The translations under genes were made by a program, and so were the position numbers. Source: Octopus sinensis (lineage: Eukaryota). From it: DNA of 64,000 nucleotides. Of this stretch, positions 41,913 to 55,915 are shown one piece after another. The DNA lies in assembly GCF_006345805.1 (NCBI RefSeq), contig NC_042998.1, positions 190,712,001-190,776,000 on the forward strand, given 5' to 3'. Within the stretch, counting starts at the first letter, position 1; the number at the start of each line of letters is the position of its first letter. The notes under the pieces were generated by a model, which was not told where the DNA came from, made no database searches, and saw only the letters and a program-made list of their open reading frames with translations.

Positions 41913-42470
41913 CAGGTCACTTTCGAGTGCTACTCGTAACATGTAACCCAGTACAACCTGTTGCATGGTCGGGTCGTCGGCGACTAAACCGGCAACCCCA
42001 CCAAGCTTGCTTGGTGAGAAGGGTGCTTATTGGACACCCTGCGGGATGAAAAACAAAACCTGTCAAAGGGCGGAGGAACTCTTGAGAGTCAACGGCCATC
42101 CAATAAATGTCTTAAGGCTGTATCATGCGCGGGGACATAGAAATAATCGGATTGAATACCCGATCGCGCGGTTAAACCATTGGGAGTGAAGGACTCCTAG
42201 CCTTTGTTAGGGCATCCTTCTAGGGGAAGGTAACTCAGGTAACTGGGATAACTCCGACATAAAAGCTGCGGCTCAGTGGTTGCCGATGATGTTGACTTGT
42301 TCTTCTTTTCAGATTATGGCTGCTGTTGCTTAGTGAGTGGGATTGACTCAGTGCACAGCCTTTCCTCACTTTAAAAAAAATCTTCTTGCATAGGCATTGC
42401 ACGATAACAACATTGATTAAGCTACGTGCAATGGCTATACTCGATAACGAGGGGGCAGCCACCATGTATG
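41913..42470 (+). mobile_element. Non-autonomous retroposon, probably RTE-derived, with a TSD of about 22 bp
   Basis: Flanked by tatgtatatgaaatgtg(t/a)gtgt at 41891-41912 and 42471-42492, with an (ATGT)n tail. The internal ggcatccttctaggggaaggtaactc resembles an RTE 5' UTR motif. Confidence 0.6.
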
Positions 42471-43522
42471 TATGTATATGAAATGTGAGTGTGCATGTGT
42501 ACATGTGTACTATGCGTGAATAAAAGACACAATTCTCACGACCAGAAGTTATCTGTCGGATCATGGCTGATCTGGAGCCGATCTAGCCAAGATGACAACA
42601 ATAGCGTTGTTTACTTACTTTCTGCATCTGCAATATTTTTTTCTCCTGTAATCTATATTTTTTATTTCGATTTTTAAATGCACCTCGTTAATGTTGGTAC
42701 TCTCCAATCGTTACACGTTTCTCTAAAAATTCATTAATTTTAAAAAAAATGTAATCGATGAATGATTATTAATGATATATATATATAATCAAAATAAGCA
42801 ACAAGAATATCTCCGGTAATTTAGTACGATCGTTTCACGCTGCATCATTTTATTAGATATTGTAAGTATTGTATTGTAAATATTATTTTGATTATAATCA
42901 CCTAATGGATTTATAATGATAACACCATACAAAGTTCTGGTGCATCTAACTTAAGTACCATACTCATCTGAATCTAAATTTTGCTGAACTTATACATATA
43001 TAAAAATTGCGATAGTAATGTATATTTCTAGAGTATGTGTTAAATAGTTTTTTCTGTTGCCTGACTGAAGATATCAATGATCTTATTTCTCATAATTAGT
43101 GTAACACCAAATGAAACATCATAATCAGTTAATCATTTAATTAGCCAGTGTCTAATGTTAACAGTAGAAAATAAGGAAGAAAAAAAATCAGAAAGAATTC
43201 TCCCCCAAATTTCTTTTATTTTTTACCCTCACGCTTTGCTTAAATGTAGACAAATGACAATGTTTGTTATCTTAACTGCATATGATCTCCACAAATGTCA
43301 TGCTACGACTTGGAAACGTGGCTTCAAAGTAAAGAAAGCTTGATTTAAAAATCAGATATTCATAATTTATTTATCCGTTTCCCATGTTCATAAATGCTCA
43401 CTGAAAACTCTTTATTTGATATACTATGCTGTCATAATTAGTCGCCTATATAATTAACATGTAAGCGGATTTACTGTACTTAATTGTGTCGGGTGATAAT
43501 GTCATATCTGACCGACACGTTC

Positions 43523-43528
43523 CAAAAA

Positions 43529-43603
<75 letters not shown>

Positions 43604-43847
43604 AAAGAGTAAAAAAAAACAACGCAGACAAAACAAGAAATAAATACAATAAAATATGTCAGCAAAGAACACCTACACTGATGCTTATAGAAACTTTAAC
43701 TATCAGCGCCTATATAACTGTCAGAATGTATGCTCGGAGAGTAAGTAGAAAACGGGGGATGAAAGGAAAAGATGAAGAGCCAGTCTTCTCATTCATTAAA
43801 ATGTGGGTCGAAAGGTACTTGCATGCATGTGCGTGTGTTTGTGTGTT

Positions 43848-43896
<49 letters not shown>

Positions 43897-43927
43897 ATAT
43901 ATATATATATGTATGTATGTATTATAT

Positions 43928-43959
<32 letters not shown>

Positions 43960-43977
43960 CACATATATTATATATAT

Positions 43978-44008
<31 letters not shown>

Positions 44009-44075
44009 CTATATATATATGTATATATATATATAATATATGTATGTATGTATGTATATATATATATATTATATG

Positions 44076-44107
<32 letters not shown>

Positions 44108-44216
44108 CATATATATATACACATATATTATATATATTATATATATATATAATATATGTATATATATTATATATATATGCATATATATTATATGTATATT
44201 TATATATATATATATA

Positions 44217-44265
<49 letters not shown>

Positions 44266-44346
44266 CTTATATATATATATTTGCATATGCACACATACAT
44301 ACATGATATATATATGTATATATTTATACACACACACACACACACA

Positions 44347-44383
<37 letters not shown>

Positions 44384-44460
44384 CATATATGCACACATAC
44401 ATAGATTATATACATATAGATATATATATATCTACATATATATATATATATATATATCAG
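43523..44460. repeat. (AG)n followed by a long (TA)n/(CA)n compound microsatellite
   Basis: Directly visible; explains the spurious 346-aa ORF 43486-44526. Confidence 0.93.
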
Positions 44461-44697
44461 GATAAAAGTTATTCGGCATTCAAGATCACGCTCAGAGTTA
44501 ATGATATACGTCACCACATCGCATAAATAGGCAGAACCACAAGGAAACAAACACCATATTGCATTTGATAACGCGTTATACCACCATTTATAAACTTGCA
44601 TAAATGTGTTGTAATATACGCTTATACATACACACAACCACATATACATATATTTATATCTGCATCTATCTGTCTGCCTGCTTGTCCCCCTGCCTGC

Positions 44698-44732
<35 letters not shown>

Positions 44733-44760
44733 TCTATCTATTTATCTATCTATATATCTA

Positions 44761-44927
44761 TCTATCTTTTTTTAAAATTCTATTCCCCCCTTTTTTGTCC
44801 TCTTTCTTTCCCTTTACGATCCCTTTTGATCGAAAACCAAACCCCCTTTTTTTACCCCCAAAAGAAAAGCTCTACCTTGTAATTTTGTCCTGTCTGTGTG
44901 CAGCCCTGTGTGGCTAATAAAGAAACA

Positions 44928-44986
<59 letters not shown>

Positions 44987-45171
44987 TTATCTATCTATAT
45001 ATCTATCTATCTTTTTTTAAAATTCTATTCCCCCCTTTTTTGTCCTCTTTCTTTCCTTTACGATCCCTTTTGATCGAAAACCAAACCCCCTTTTTTTACC
45101 CCCAAAAGAAAAGCTCTACCTTGTAATTTTGTCCTGTCTGTGTGCAGCCCTGTGTGGCTAATAAAGAAACA

Positions 45172-45172
<1 letters not shown>
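44761..45172 (+). repeat. Tandem duplication (period about 244 bp) of a retroposon 3' tail plus (TATC)n
   Basis: 44767-44926 and 45012-45170 are almost identical and end in a SINE-like ...gctaataaagaaac. Confidence 0.85.
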
Positions 45173-45225
<53 letters not shown>

Positions 45226-46415
45226 ACACAAGCAAAAATAAGCACAAATGCACACACATATTTATTATATTTGCTCATACACATAGACGCATTTTTTATA
45301 CTGCGAACACATACATATTTATATGCATAGAGGTGTATGAAAGCGAGTGTGAATAAAAGCCTGCGAGTCTGAAGCATTTATGTTTATATATAGTGATCTA
45401 ACAAGAAACCATGACTGTGCAAATATAATTACTAAAGCAAGAACTTAAAAATACACTGTGATATCAAGAAGAGAAATAATTGATTTCTTTCATTGATACA
45501 ACTCTATAAAACATTGCAATTTTCTTGAATTCTCTAAAATAGATATGCCATCCATTAGAGAGAAAACAACAACAGCACGAGTTTTCCTTTCCAACCTTAT
45601 TCGAACAGTCCTAAAATCAATGAACTTTTAAATACTAAAGCTTCATCAGTAATATATATCGGCTTTATAATTCTTTTTAAAAGATAAGACCGTATGTTTT
45701 TCAAGAAAGCAGTAGTATCAGATTATGAGTGACATTTGACATTATGATCAGTTGGTGAGTGTAAGAACGACACGCTGCCAGAATCTGGCATTATTTAGTC
45801 TCGAGTAAAGTAAATCAGTCGCCTTCGCCCCACGAACTCAATCCATCATACCCTTTCCTGCAAATGATGTACAGTTAAAGAAAGCTTGGTAAAGATTTTC
45901 TCTTTGGAATACCACAGAAGAATTTCACTGCATGTGGTATCCTAATAGAAATTGTAGTACTTGGGCTTATTACATGAACTATACTTCCTCGTGGGTACAC
46001 TCTTCTTTCCTTTCTCATGCTCTAGCTACATCTATCATACTATACTTCCGAACGTCTAATAGAGTCCCATATCATAGTGGAGCTCCCTATGTCGTATAAT
46101 TTCCCAGGTTCTGTAGCTTTCCATATAGTGCAGCACTCTTTAATATAGTGCATTTCACTTTATACATCTCGCCAAGTTACACTGTAGCTCTGATTCGTAG
46201 CTCCCTGTGAATCCAGAAAAAACGCGAGAGTTGTTAATTTTAACACTAAGCAGCTCAGTTTTCTACAGTTATGGAATGATATTCAGCAACTTGGAGAATA
46301 ATCTCATTTATAAATTTATACATTTCGATGTAATAAAGTTATATTCGACTATAATTAAACAATTTTTCTTGAACAAATTTAAACTTTAGAATATCTTAAG
46401 TCTGACGTTATTAAT

Positions 46416-46806
46416 ACTAGCAGTTTCGCCCGGCGCTGCTCGGGTTTGTTTCGACTCTTTAGAATTGGAATTTTTGAAAAGTAAAAGTTTTGCATTATGT
46501 AGCTTGTTATTCTCTTTAAGTGAACATTTTTCTGGTTGAAATACACCGAAAAATGGCGACACAGCAGTAAAAAAATCGTAAAAATAGGGATTTTCATAGA
46601 AAAAAAGCACCTTCTTGATGTAAATAATTTTAGGTGTTAACATGGTCCGATTTGAATCTTTTCTTCTACGGATGGAAGAGCAAGCCTTCCTCTATCATAC
46701 TCTCAATTTTGGTCAACTTGCGCCGCAGGGTCTCGGAGGAGATAGTGTTAGTTGAAGGCTACCAAACCTACCATACACAGACAACTTCAGCTTTATATAT
46801 AGAGAT
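46416..46806 (+). mobile_element. Non-autonomous Helitron-like element (about 390 bp)
   Basis: The 5' end actagcag..cgcccggcg..gctcggg and the 3' end gctttatatatagagat resemble non-autonomous rolling-circle elements. There is no TIR or TSD, and a second copy lies at 53966-54357. Confidence 0.65.
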
Positions 46807-46949
46807 TATGCAAGCAAGGAAAGCTCTGTTATTTTACACTAATTGTTTTGGGCTAATTGTATTAGCCAACGATTGCTTGGAACATGCAATTTTACGACGG
46901 GAATGATGATTATGAATTGAGAGGATTGTACCTCTTCTGAAAAAATTCT

Positions 46950-48280
46950 GTTTTCCTATTTACTGTGATGATGAACCGATAGTTTTTGAGTTATGAATGG
47001 TCAAGCAATGAAAGGAGTTCATTAGCACAATCAAAAATATTTAAAGATCCCAGTAGATATGAATTTAGGAAGAGTTAATTTCTAAGATATAATTTTAGAT
47101 TTAGATACTGGAAAATATCGCTTGCATACTAACTCTAACGAGACATTAAAACCATCCTGCAATTATGCCTAAAAATTTAATGAATAATATTAGTGAACGC
47201 ATATCCAACTTATTCTTTGATGGAAAATCATTTAACCATGCTGCTTATTATTACAAAGGCATTCAAAAATAGTGGTTTCCAAGCTAGAATACACTATATA
47301 CACAAATGAACTAACACTAAAAAAAAATATTTTTAAATGTCGCGAAATTTGGAAATGAAATATTTTATAGTATAAACCTACATCTAATTCAAATGTTCGT
47401 TTCAATGATATCGGGATTTTCCTAAACCTTATATATAAACATTTTCACGTTGACCATAGATATAATAAGATATAGAATTAATGTGAGTTACGGTATCATC
47501 AACAACGCTGCCAGCGGAAGAAAACGTGCCGATATGAACATTCAAAACCACTCTCTATGTTATTTCATTTACGCTTTTATCTACCCTCTGAAGAGCATGT
47601 GTCTTTCTAAAGCATTAGCTCATGGAGTTAAGGCTTGTCTTGCATACAAAAAAGTTACAGCAGTCTTACTAAAACCAATCTAAAAATGATTGTCGCATTC
47701 TTGGATATTGTGAAAGATATTTTTCACCCCAGAGAGGGTCTGTGATGTCGAAGTGCTCTGCCGCAGGAATGGCAGCCAAGGACGCGAACCTAAGAGAACG
47801 AGAATTCAACATCTTTGGGATTTTGTATGGCGACTGAAGGAGGATAAAACGAAGTACAGCATTAATTGGTCTGTAGTAAGGTATGCGAAACCATACAATA
47901 TAATTTCCAGGAGATGCCATCTCTGCTCCGAGGAATCCCTATCTATTCTGTGGACGCGAAGATAATTAATAAAATTTCTGAACGACTCTTGAGATGCCTA
48001 CACGCATATAAATGTACTTTCGCACAATGCAGTGAGAATGAATTTTGAGTAACCGTTAACTTAATTTACTTTAAGGTATGGATGACTTTTACTTTTAACC
48101 TCCCCAGTCTTATAAACACCAAGTAGATAACTAACTCGCTTTGTGATCATGAGTGCATCAAACCTCACTTGTGCATATGCTCACATTTTTGCGGATGCTT
48201 GTATGAGCGAGAGTACTCGCGCCATGCAGCTTGCCCGAGGGCGTTTATACATCCATACCTGTTAACGGTTATTTTTAATA
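46950..48280 (+). mobile_element. Highly decayed Penelope-like retroelement (RT C-terminus, GIY-YIG endonuclease and terminal repeat)
   Basis: Frameshifted peptides VNF*DIILDLDTGKY, NISERISNL, YPLKSMCLSKA and VWRLKEDKTKYSINWSVVRYAKPYNIISRRCHLCSEE resemble the Penelope RT thumb and GIY-YIG C-terminus. A short inverted repeat (taaccgttaac...ggtatggatg) occurs at about 48050 and 48250. Confidence 0.7.
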
Positions 48281-48597
48281 CTTTTCTCGCTGGATTGCAA
48301 GTTCGTGTCTCTTTTTGTCATCTGTGATTTTATATTTGATCTTCTATAAAAATTAAGATATTTCCTGCGTCTCTCTACAAAACGGAAAGTTAACTTTGCG
48401 GAACATTCTTTAACGAGTTGTATTTATTTATCACCCGACGAGATACATCTGCACCACCGGATGCCCCTGAACTAGTTGTTGAGTGTCCAACCTAAGAGGA
48501 ATCGATGCTAGATGTGTCGAAACAGTTGTCGTGATTTATAATAAATTTCTTCGTGTATTCATCTTCTGCTTTCATTGCCATATAAATTTGTATATAT

Positions 48598-48634
<37 letters not shown>

Positions 48635-48677
48635 GGGCGTGTGTGTGTGTATGTATATATATATATGTATATATATA

Positions 48678-48734
<57 letters not shown>

Positions 48735-48736
<2 letters not shown>

Positions 48737-48920
48737 AGTTTACGAAAGAAACAAAAGACAAAGACAGGTGTGTACAAAACAAACAGATGTATTAGTATAA
48801 CGCTCAGGAATAGAAAAAGTCTTTTATCTTTCGAGCCTACGCTCTTCTACAAAAAGGGACACAGAAAAAAAACAAGGAGAGAAAAAATGTGTGTAGTGGC
48901 TAACGATCTATCATGGCGAC
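48735..48920 (-). mobile_element. Short Penelope-type terminal-repeat remnant, family B (hammerhead-like motif 48821-48856, damaged)
   Basis: Reverse-complement homolog of 51960-52150. It contains gtagaa-gagc gtag gctc-gaaa, and its 3' end abuts (TA)n. Confidence 0.65.
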
Positions 48921-49504
48921 TAGTGCAGCGTGTGTATGTGTGCGCGCATTAATTCCAAGTATTTACGTATATACAATTTAGTGTCTTTGTTTCAGTAGGA
49001 GAAATGAATACAGGGATGAGGAAGTAAGTATACGATTGACATACACAAGTCATTAACTGTCGTCATTGCCATTTGCGGTATCGTTGTGTCGCTATTCAGC
49101 CAGTCTATCTTCTCGAAGCATACTTTTTCTATTATTTGCTCCACTGACATTTAATAAAATCAGAAATACAATGATGTATATTCACTGAAGGATACTCTTA
49201 TGTGGCATTAGTTAAAGTAAATATTGAAATAATACTATTTATTTAATACGTAGAATGTGATTTTTATAATCGTGTTGAACGCGTCATACTCAAAATGTTT
49301 TTATGTATTTACTTGCTGTTGGATATCATTAATTTCTATACTGATGTTCACCTAAAATGGCGTCTAAGTACAATTTTGATAACGTCAAATCAAAACTGTA
49401 TTGGAGGGTTTATTAAAATGGCGCTAAGCGCCAACATTATGGCAAAGTGCATTTCACCACTCATTCTCTCTGTTTCTCTTTGTTTCTCTCTCTCTTTCTG
49501 CTCC

Positions 49505-49545
<41 letters not shown>

Positions 49546-49887
49546 CTGTCTATCTGGTTTAAAGTTGACGCCCATCGACAGATTAATTCAATTTCTCAGA
49601 TGGTTTAACGAAATCTGTTTTCTCTCATATGAAAGATTAGTTGTTTTGTGTTTTTTTTTTTACTTGTTTACACATAATGGCTGTATTGATTAATCATAGA
49701 TAAATGAATGAAATGAACACAGGAAGGCACAAAATAAGTTTTTATGAAAACGATGTATTCCGTTCTATGTTAGATATAATAAAACAATAAATTGAACTTT
49801 ATAGGTCTCCAAAGATTTGATTTGTTTTGTGTTTAGAAATTTTTCAGTTCTTTCTCTCTCTCTCTCTCTTTCTTTCTCTTTCTCTCC

Positions 49888-49918
<31 letters not shown>

Positions 49919-50133
49919 TCTCTCTCTCTCCGCTAAGTAGATCATGTGACAGGTATTAAAGCTAACATTGACACTGACACTAATATATGTTTTATTTACT
50001 AATGGGCAATTTGCAAAAACATTTTGGAAAATTATATTTTTGAAGATTAGTTAATAGGAAAATGATAATATACTCTATGGTACTTAAATTGCACCTAATT
50101 GAACTGCTTTAATTAAAATTTACTGGACATTAC

Positions 50134-50186
<53 letters not shown>

Positions 50187-50340
50187 TATATATAACATAT
50201 ATATATATATACATATATATATATACATATATATTATACATATATATACATATATATATATACATATATATATACATACATATATATTACATACATATAT
50301 ATATACACATATATATATATACATATATATATATATACAT

Positions 50341-50386
<46 letters not shown>

Positions 50387-51913
50387 TGTGTGTGGGTGTG
50401 TGTGTGTAGGTATGTATGTACGTGCGAATGCGCTTTTCTGTGTGTATATCTATCTATTTGTATACTAAGTTTTGCAAATATAAACGGTACAAAATGTTTA
50501 GGTAATATTTATATAGATTGCATTTGTAGAAACAAATATTATACTCAAACTATGTTAGCTTCCGGGCGATATTACAGAAAAACTCATTAATAGTTTTTAG
50601 ATCATTAGACTGTATTTTTCAATCGAAAGTTTCCAGAATTTATAAGAAGCTAATATATTCATTCTTAGGCTATTGCCGTGTATTAAGAAGTGAATCTTTA
50701 GATACAACACATAAAAGGCTCCGGAAAGAAACACTTGGTATAGAAATACTCAACTGAATATTTGCTAAGCACTTTGTACTCTATATTTTTTATTAGAAGG
50801 TGGTAAAAAGTCAAATTACTGGAATGTTTAAGTTACAATAGAATCAGTGACTGTAGGAATTGTAAGACATGATGATTGTAGCTTCGTAAGAAGTTATGAT
50901 GGATCAATTTCATAAAATTTCTATAATTAACGAAATAGTGACTGAGTCGGTGAACATAGAGAAAACTAATAAACAAAACTTGGTTTTCAAATCGTGATTG
51001 AAAAAAAAAAATGAAACATCATTTTTGTAATTATTCTGCAAGAATCGATGCAATAAAAGAAAACATACCCCTTTTTAGCATCCCCTTCAGGTGAGGGCAA
51101 TTTTAAATTGAGTTCCTTCAATGACTTCAGTGCCGACAAATTTGGCCATTCTGTCTTTTTCTTTAGAGCATTTTGACGCCCGTTTGGTATCAAAGAATTC
51201 ATTCGGCCTTTCCATAACTATACCCCAGAAGTAAGGGTTTGACACTAGACCTTCCTTGATATATCTATCTGTTGCATAGTCAATGTCAGAACGTCAGTTG
51301 ACAGTCAGTATTTTATAGTGACATGTCTAATGCATATACAACACACAGTAAAGGTGCAGTATGTGTTGGTTGTATTCTGAATGGTCTGTTATTCCTCTTT
51401 TTGGTTATAAAATTTCTCTCTCCTCTGTTTGACATTTCATTAAACTTTCGTATTTTCCTGCCCATTTTTCTGTCCTTATTTTGTATTTAACTCAGGTACA
51501 AATGTAAATAATTTAACATTAAAAACGAGAGAGAAAAAAAGAGAAAAGGAAATAATTTGACAGTAGTGAGCTAACCATAGATATGAGCAAAGTTATCAAC
51601 GGAAATGACGCTGATTTTTCAGGTGCATAAGCTACTTGGTCGAATGAGATAACCAATCATTATTGAAATTATTAAAGATTAGTGAAATGTACTTTCAGCT
51701 TTAATTAGACTAACACAGGGCTTCAGTTAGAGACTTAGCGTCACATCATTTCATTCTCTGATCCTCAACCGCATAAATCCAATTGCTTTGCTGTCTGACA
51801 TTCTGAAACAAAGCTCATCAAGTCACTGTTTACTCATATAAATGCCCAGACAAAATGTATCATGACACACACACGCATTTAGAAATACATACATACATAC
51901 ATACATACATACA

Positions 51914-51949
<36 letters not shown>

Positions 51950-51959
51950 TATATATACA

Positions 51960-52150
51960 TGCCATGATAGATCATTAGCCACTACACATTTTTTCTCTCC
52001 TTGTTTTTTTTTTCTGTGTCCCTTTCTGTAAGAAGAGCGTAGGCTCGAAATGTAAAAGACTTTTTCTATTCCTGAGCGTTATATTAATACATCTGTTTGT
52101 TTTGTACACCACCTATCTTCGTCTTGTTTTTTTTTTTCGGAAACTCTCCC
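51960..52150 (+). mobile_element. Short Penelope-type terminal-repeat remnant, family B (hammerhead-like motif 52022-52058)
   Basis: Reads cttt-ctgtaagaa-gagc gtag gctc-gaaa-tgta-aaag, followed by cctgagcgtt. The 3' end abuts (TA)n. Confidence 0.65.
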
Positions 52151-52411
52151 TATATATATATATATATCTATATATATATTATTATATATATAATATATAT
52201 ATATATGTAGAATGAGAACATACGTCTTCCACAGGGAGTAGCAATTTGCTATAGCGAGATATTTTTCACCAATTGTGGTAATAAATATTTATACAAACTG
52301 AAGATTATTTCCGGCTGGTGTGTAAGAATAGACGGAAAGAATTAACTTCTGAGAGATGATATAAAGGGAAATGTGATCTTATCTGGCAGAAAGTCTTCTA
52401 TGTATATATAA

Positions 52412-52466
<55 letters not shown>

Positions 52467-52474
52467 CATATATA

Positions 52475-52516
<42 letters not shown>

Positions 52517-52697
52517 ATATATATATAATATATATACTATAATATATATACATATAATATATATATATCATATACATATATATATATATATATATAATAT
52601 ATACATAACATATATTATATATATATAATACACACACATATATAATATATATATAATACACACACACACACACACACACATATAATATATATACATA

Positions 52698-52755
<58 letters not shown>

Positions 52756-52777
52756 ATATATATATATATATATACAT

Positions 52778-52810
<33 letters not shown>

Positions 52811-53384
52811 GTGTCTGATGTTCACATACATATGATTTAGTTGTACATACATATATACAAATATATGCCCTCTCTCTATCTCTCTCTGTTCCTCTTTCTC
52901 TCTTTCTCTCTCTCACGCAAGCACACACACATACACATACACATGTACACGCATACATATAATACATACATGCACTTCGTAAATAATCCGTTAATCAATA
53001 TATTTATACTGATATATAGTTTTTGAGTTACGTTCTGCATCGAGCAGCGGGGGGTTTACTAAAAAGAAGAAAACAAGCAGCCTTTCTTTTGTCCCAGATT
53101 AATGACTTTTTAAACAGGCACGAAGATTTAGATTTTGATATTGAGTTTATTGAGTTTTGAGAAATCTTGCCAGTTATGGCAGTTTCCATTATGTTGCATA
53201 CACGTACACACACGCACTCCCTCGCTCTGTGTCTGTCTCTGCCTCTCTCTCTCTCTCTCACCTCACCAAATAGATACTAGCTACAAACGATATTATCTCC
53301 TTATAAATCCAAAAAATCTAACATTTCTTCCTTCCGTGCCCTAAATTTTCCTTGCAAGCTTTGGTTTATGTTTAAGTCGGATAC

Positions 53385-53617
53385 CTATTTCTTTATTACC
53401 CACAAGGGGCTAAACATAGAGGGGACAAACAAGGACAGACATAGGTATTAAGTCGATTACATCGACCCCTGTGCGTAACTGGTACTTATTTAATCGATCC
53501 CGAAAGGATGAAAGGCAAAGTCGACCTCGGCGGAATTAGAACTCACAACATAAGGGCAGACGAAATACGGCTAAGCATTTCGCCCGGCGTGCTAACGATT
53601 CTGCCAGCTCGCCGCCT
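53385..53617 (-). mobile_element. SINE family 1, full length, with a 16-bp TSD
   Basis: TSD tgtttaagtcggatac at 53369-53384 and 53618-53633. Confidence 0.93.
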
Positions 53618-53965
53618 TGTTTAAGTCGGATACTAATCGCATCAATGCTACTATCTGGAAGATTCTGGAAAACCTATAAGTGCTGTCTGATCTCCAGTCA
53701 CTAACTGTTAAAGAACACCTGCCGTACAAACAAATATGAAGCTATTCAGCATATCATATGCGGAGAGATCCAACCGAACTTAGTTGCTACTCCGAGTTTT
53801 GTGCTGGAAGTGGTATTCAGATGAAGTAGCTACTTCATAAATGCCAAGGATATCTATATTGAGTACTTTAACACGAGAGTAAGTTCGATAAAAAGTACTC
53901 TTTACGTAAAGACGCTCAAGAACCTCAGAAAAGGGTGATACATTTAAGTTCTATTATGTCAATAT

Positions 53966-54357
53966 ATCTTTATATATAAAGCTAAAGTTGTCTGTGTATG
54001 GCAGGTTTGGTAGCCTTCAACTAACACTATCTCCTCCGAGACCCTGCGGCGCAAGTTGACCAAAATTGAGACTATGATAGAAGAAGGCTTACTCTTCCAT
54101 CCGTAGAAGAAAAAATTCAAATCGGACCATGTTAACACTTAAAATTATTTACATAAAAAGGTGCTTTTTTTCTATGAAAATCCCTATTTTTTACGATTTT
54201 TTTTACTGCTGTGTCACTATTTTTCGGTGTATTTCAACCAGAAAAATGTTCACTTAAAGAGAATAACAAGCTACATAATGCAAAATTTTTACTTTTAAAA
54301 AATTCCAATTTTAAAGGGTCGAAACGAACCCGAGCAACGCTGGGTGATGCTGCTAGT
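53966..54357 (-). mobile_element. Non-autonomous Helitron-like element, second copy
   Basis: Full-length reverse-complement homolog of 46416-46806, roughly 5-10% diverged by eye. Confidence 0.65.
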
Positions 54358-54419
54358 ATATATATATATATTTACATTCTCACCACATACACTCACACAC
54401 ATGCACTCTAATATATACA

Positions 54420-54540
54420 CTTTGCCTTTCATCCTTTCGGGGTCGATAGATTGAGTACGAGTCAAGTATTGGGGTCGATGTGATCTACTATCCCCAACCC
54501 TCAAATTCCAGGCCTTGTGCCTATAGTAGAAAGGATCATT
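54420..54540 (+). mobile_element. 5'-truncated SINE family 1 variant with an (ATT)n tail
   Basis: tttgcctttcatcctttcggggtcgata is shared with family 1, but the tail differs (ccaggccttgtgcctatagtagaaagg). Confidence 0.7.
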
Positions 54541-54574
54541 ATTATTATTATTATTGTTGCTGTTGTTATTATTA

Positions 54575-54926
54575 TTATTATTATTCGTGCTTATTATTAT
54601 TATAGCGTGCTTTCACTTCACTACCGAGCGCAGCTCTGCGTGCCTTGGGTATGTGCTGTGATTTGTTGTGATGCTCTGATGGTTATTGTATGGAAAGTGT
54701 TCTTCGTAGGATGTGTGCAGTGCCTAGTAGTGCAATTTTCTGTATGTTATATGTGTTTGTAAGTCCTGGTGTTTTTGTTATGTATTTGTCTGAATATTTT
54801 TTTATCATGCCTAATGCACCTACTATGATAGGAATTGTTTCTGTTTTTAGATTCCACATTCTGGTTACCTCTATTTCCAGGTCTTTATATTTTGAAAGTT
54901 TCTCCATTTCTTTTAGAGACACGTTT
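54575..54926 (-). mobile_element. R4/Dong-like LINE 3' fragment inside a (TAA)n array
   Basis: Peptide KEMEKLSKYKDLEIEVTRMWNLKTETIPIIVGALG...IQKIALLGTAHILRRTL. ATT repeats lie on both sides. Confidence 0.88.
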
Positions 54927-54959
54927 TTATTATTATTATTATTATTATCATTATTATTA

Positions 54960-55004
<45 letters not shown>

Positions 55005-55454
55005 GTATACGCCCCCAACCCCACACGCATATGTTTGTGTGTCAGTGTTCGTGCACTCGTATCTGTGTGTGTGTGTGTGTGTATGTTTGTGTTTGATTTT
55101 GTGTCTTAATTTTGAAGTGACAGTAACATTTCTTGATATCAACTGATAACCTCCCAGAAAATCAACTAAGATTGTAACGGAAATACGGGAGACAATAGAC
55201 AGTTAGCTTATATAAAAGGGAAATAACTCTTGTTACTTCTTATAAAGTGTTGGTTTCAACTTGGACCATAATTATTTCCTGTGGTGCAAAAAGGGAAAAG
55301 GAAAAATAAAAAAAATAAAAAAACAAACAAACACACAAACAAACCATACGAAACATGCTATTTGTAATGATCTTTAGCATGATCAAATGATATGTTGATC
55401 TCAGGACAAGTGCAGTGAAATTAAATTTGGTGTCTAATGTTATATGTAATAAAT

Positions 55455-55611
55455 GCAGGCTTGGCTGTGTGGTAAGAATCTTGCTTCTCAACCACATAGT
55501 TCTAAGTTCAGTCCCACTGCATAATTCTTTGGGCAAGTGTCTTCTACTATAGCTTCGGGCCTTCCAAAGCTCCGTGAGTGGATTTGGTAGACGGAAACTG
55601 AAAGAAGCCCA

Positions 55612-55669
<58 letters not shown>

Positions 55670-55915
55670 GTGTGTATGCGTGTATGTATATATATATGTT
55701 TGCGTCTTTGTGTCTGTCTTTTGTCTACCCCACCACTGGTTGACAACCGGTGTTGCTGTGTTTACGTCCCTGTAACTTAACAATTCAACAAAAGAGATGG
55801 ATAGAATAAGTACTAGGCTTTTAAAACGTTAGACCTGGGGTCGATTTGTTTGATTGAAACCCTTGAAGGCGGTGCCCCAGTTTGGCCACAGTCAAACCGA
55901 CTGAAACAAATAAAA
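55455..55915 (+). mobile_element. tRNA-derived SINE family 3 (CORE-like segment, internal TA/GT microsatellite)
   Basis: ggctgtgtggtaag...gttcagtcccact...ttgggcaagtgtcttctactatagc; homologous to 57267-57622. Confidence 0.85.

Noticed and set aside
41911-42000. HDV-like ribozyme at the 5' end of the RTE-like element
   Set aside because: I could not build a convincing P1/P1.1/P2/P3 nested pseudoknot by hand, so it is left as a search to run.
42610-42630. Minus-strand ATG CAG AAA|GTAAGT mini-exon
   Set aside because: It is phase 0 and incompatible with the phase-2 innexin acceptor.
48245-48330. Minus-strand CAG|GTATGG donor as a possible innexin first exon
   Set aside because: The only nearby ATG frame stops before the donor, and the sequence belongs to the Penelope-like terminal repeat (echoed at about 48050).
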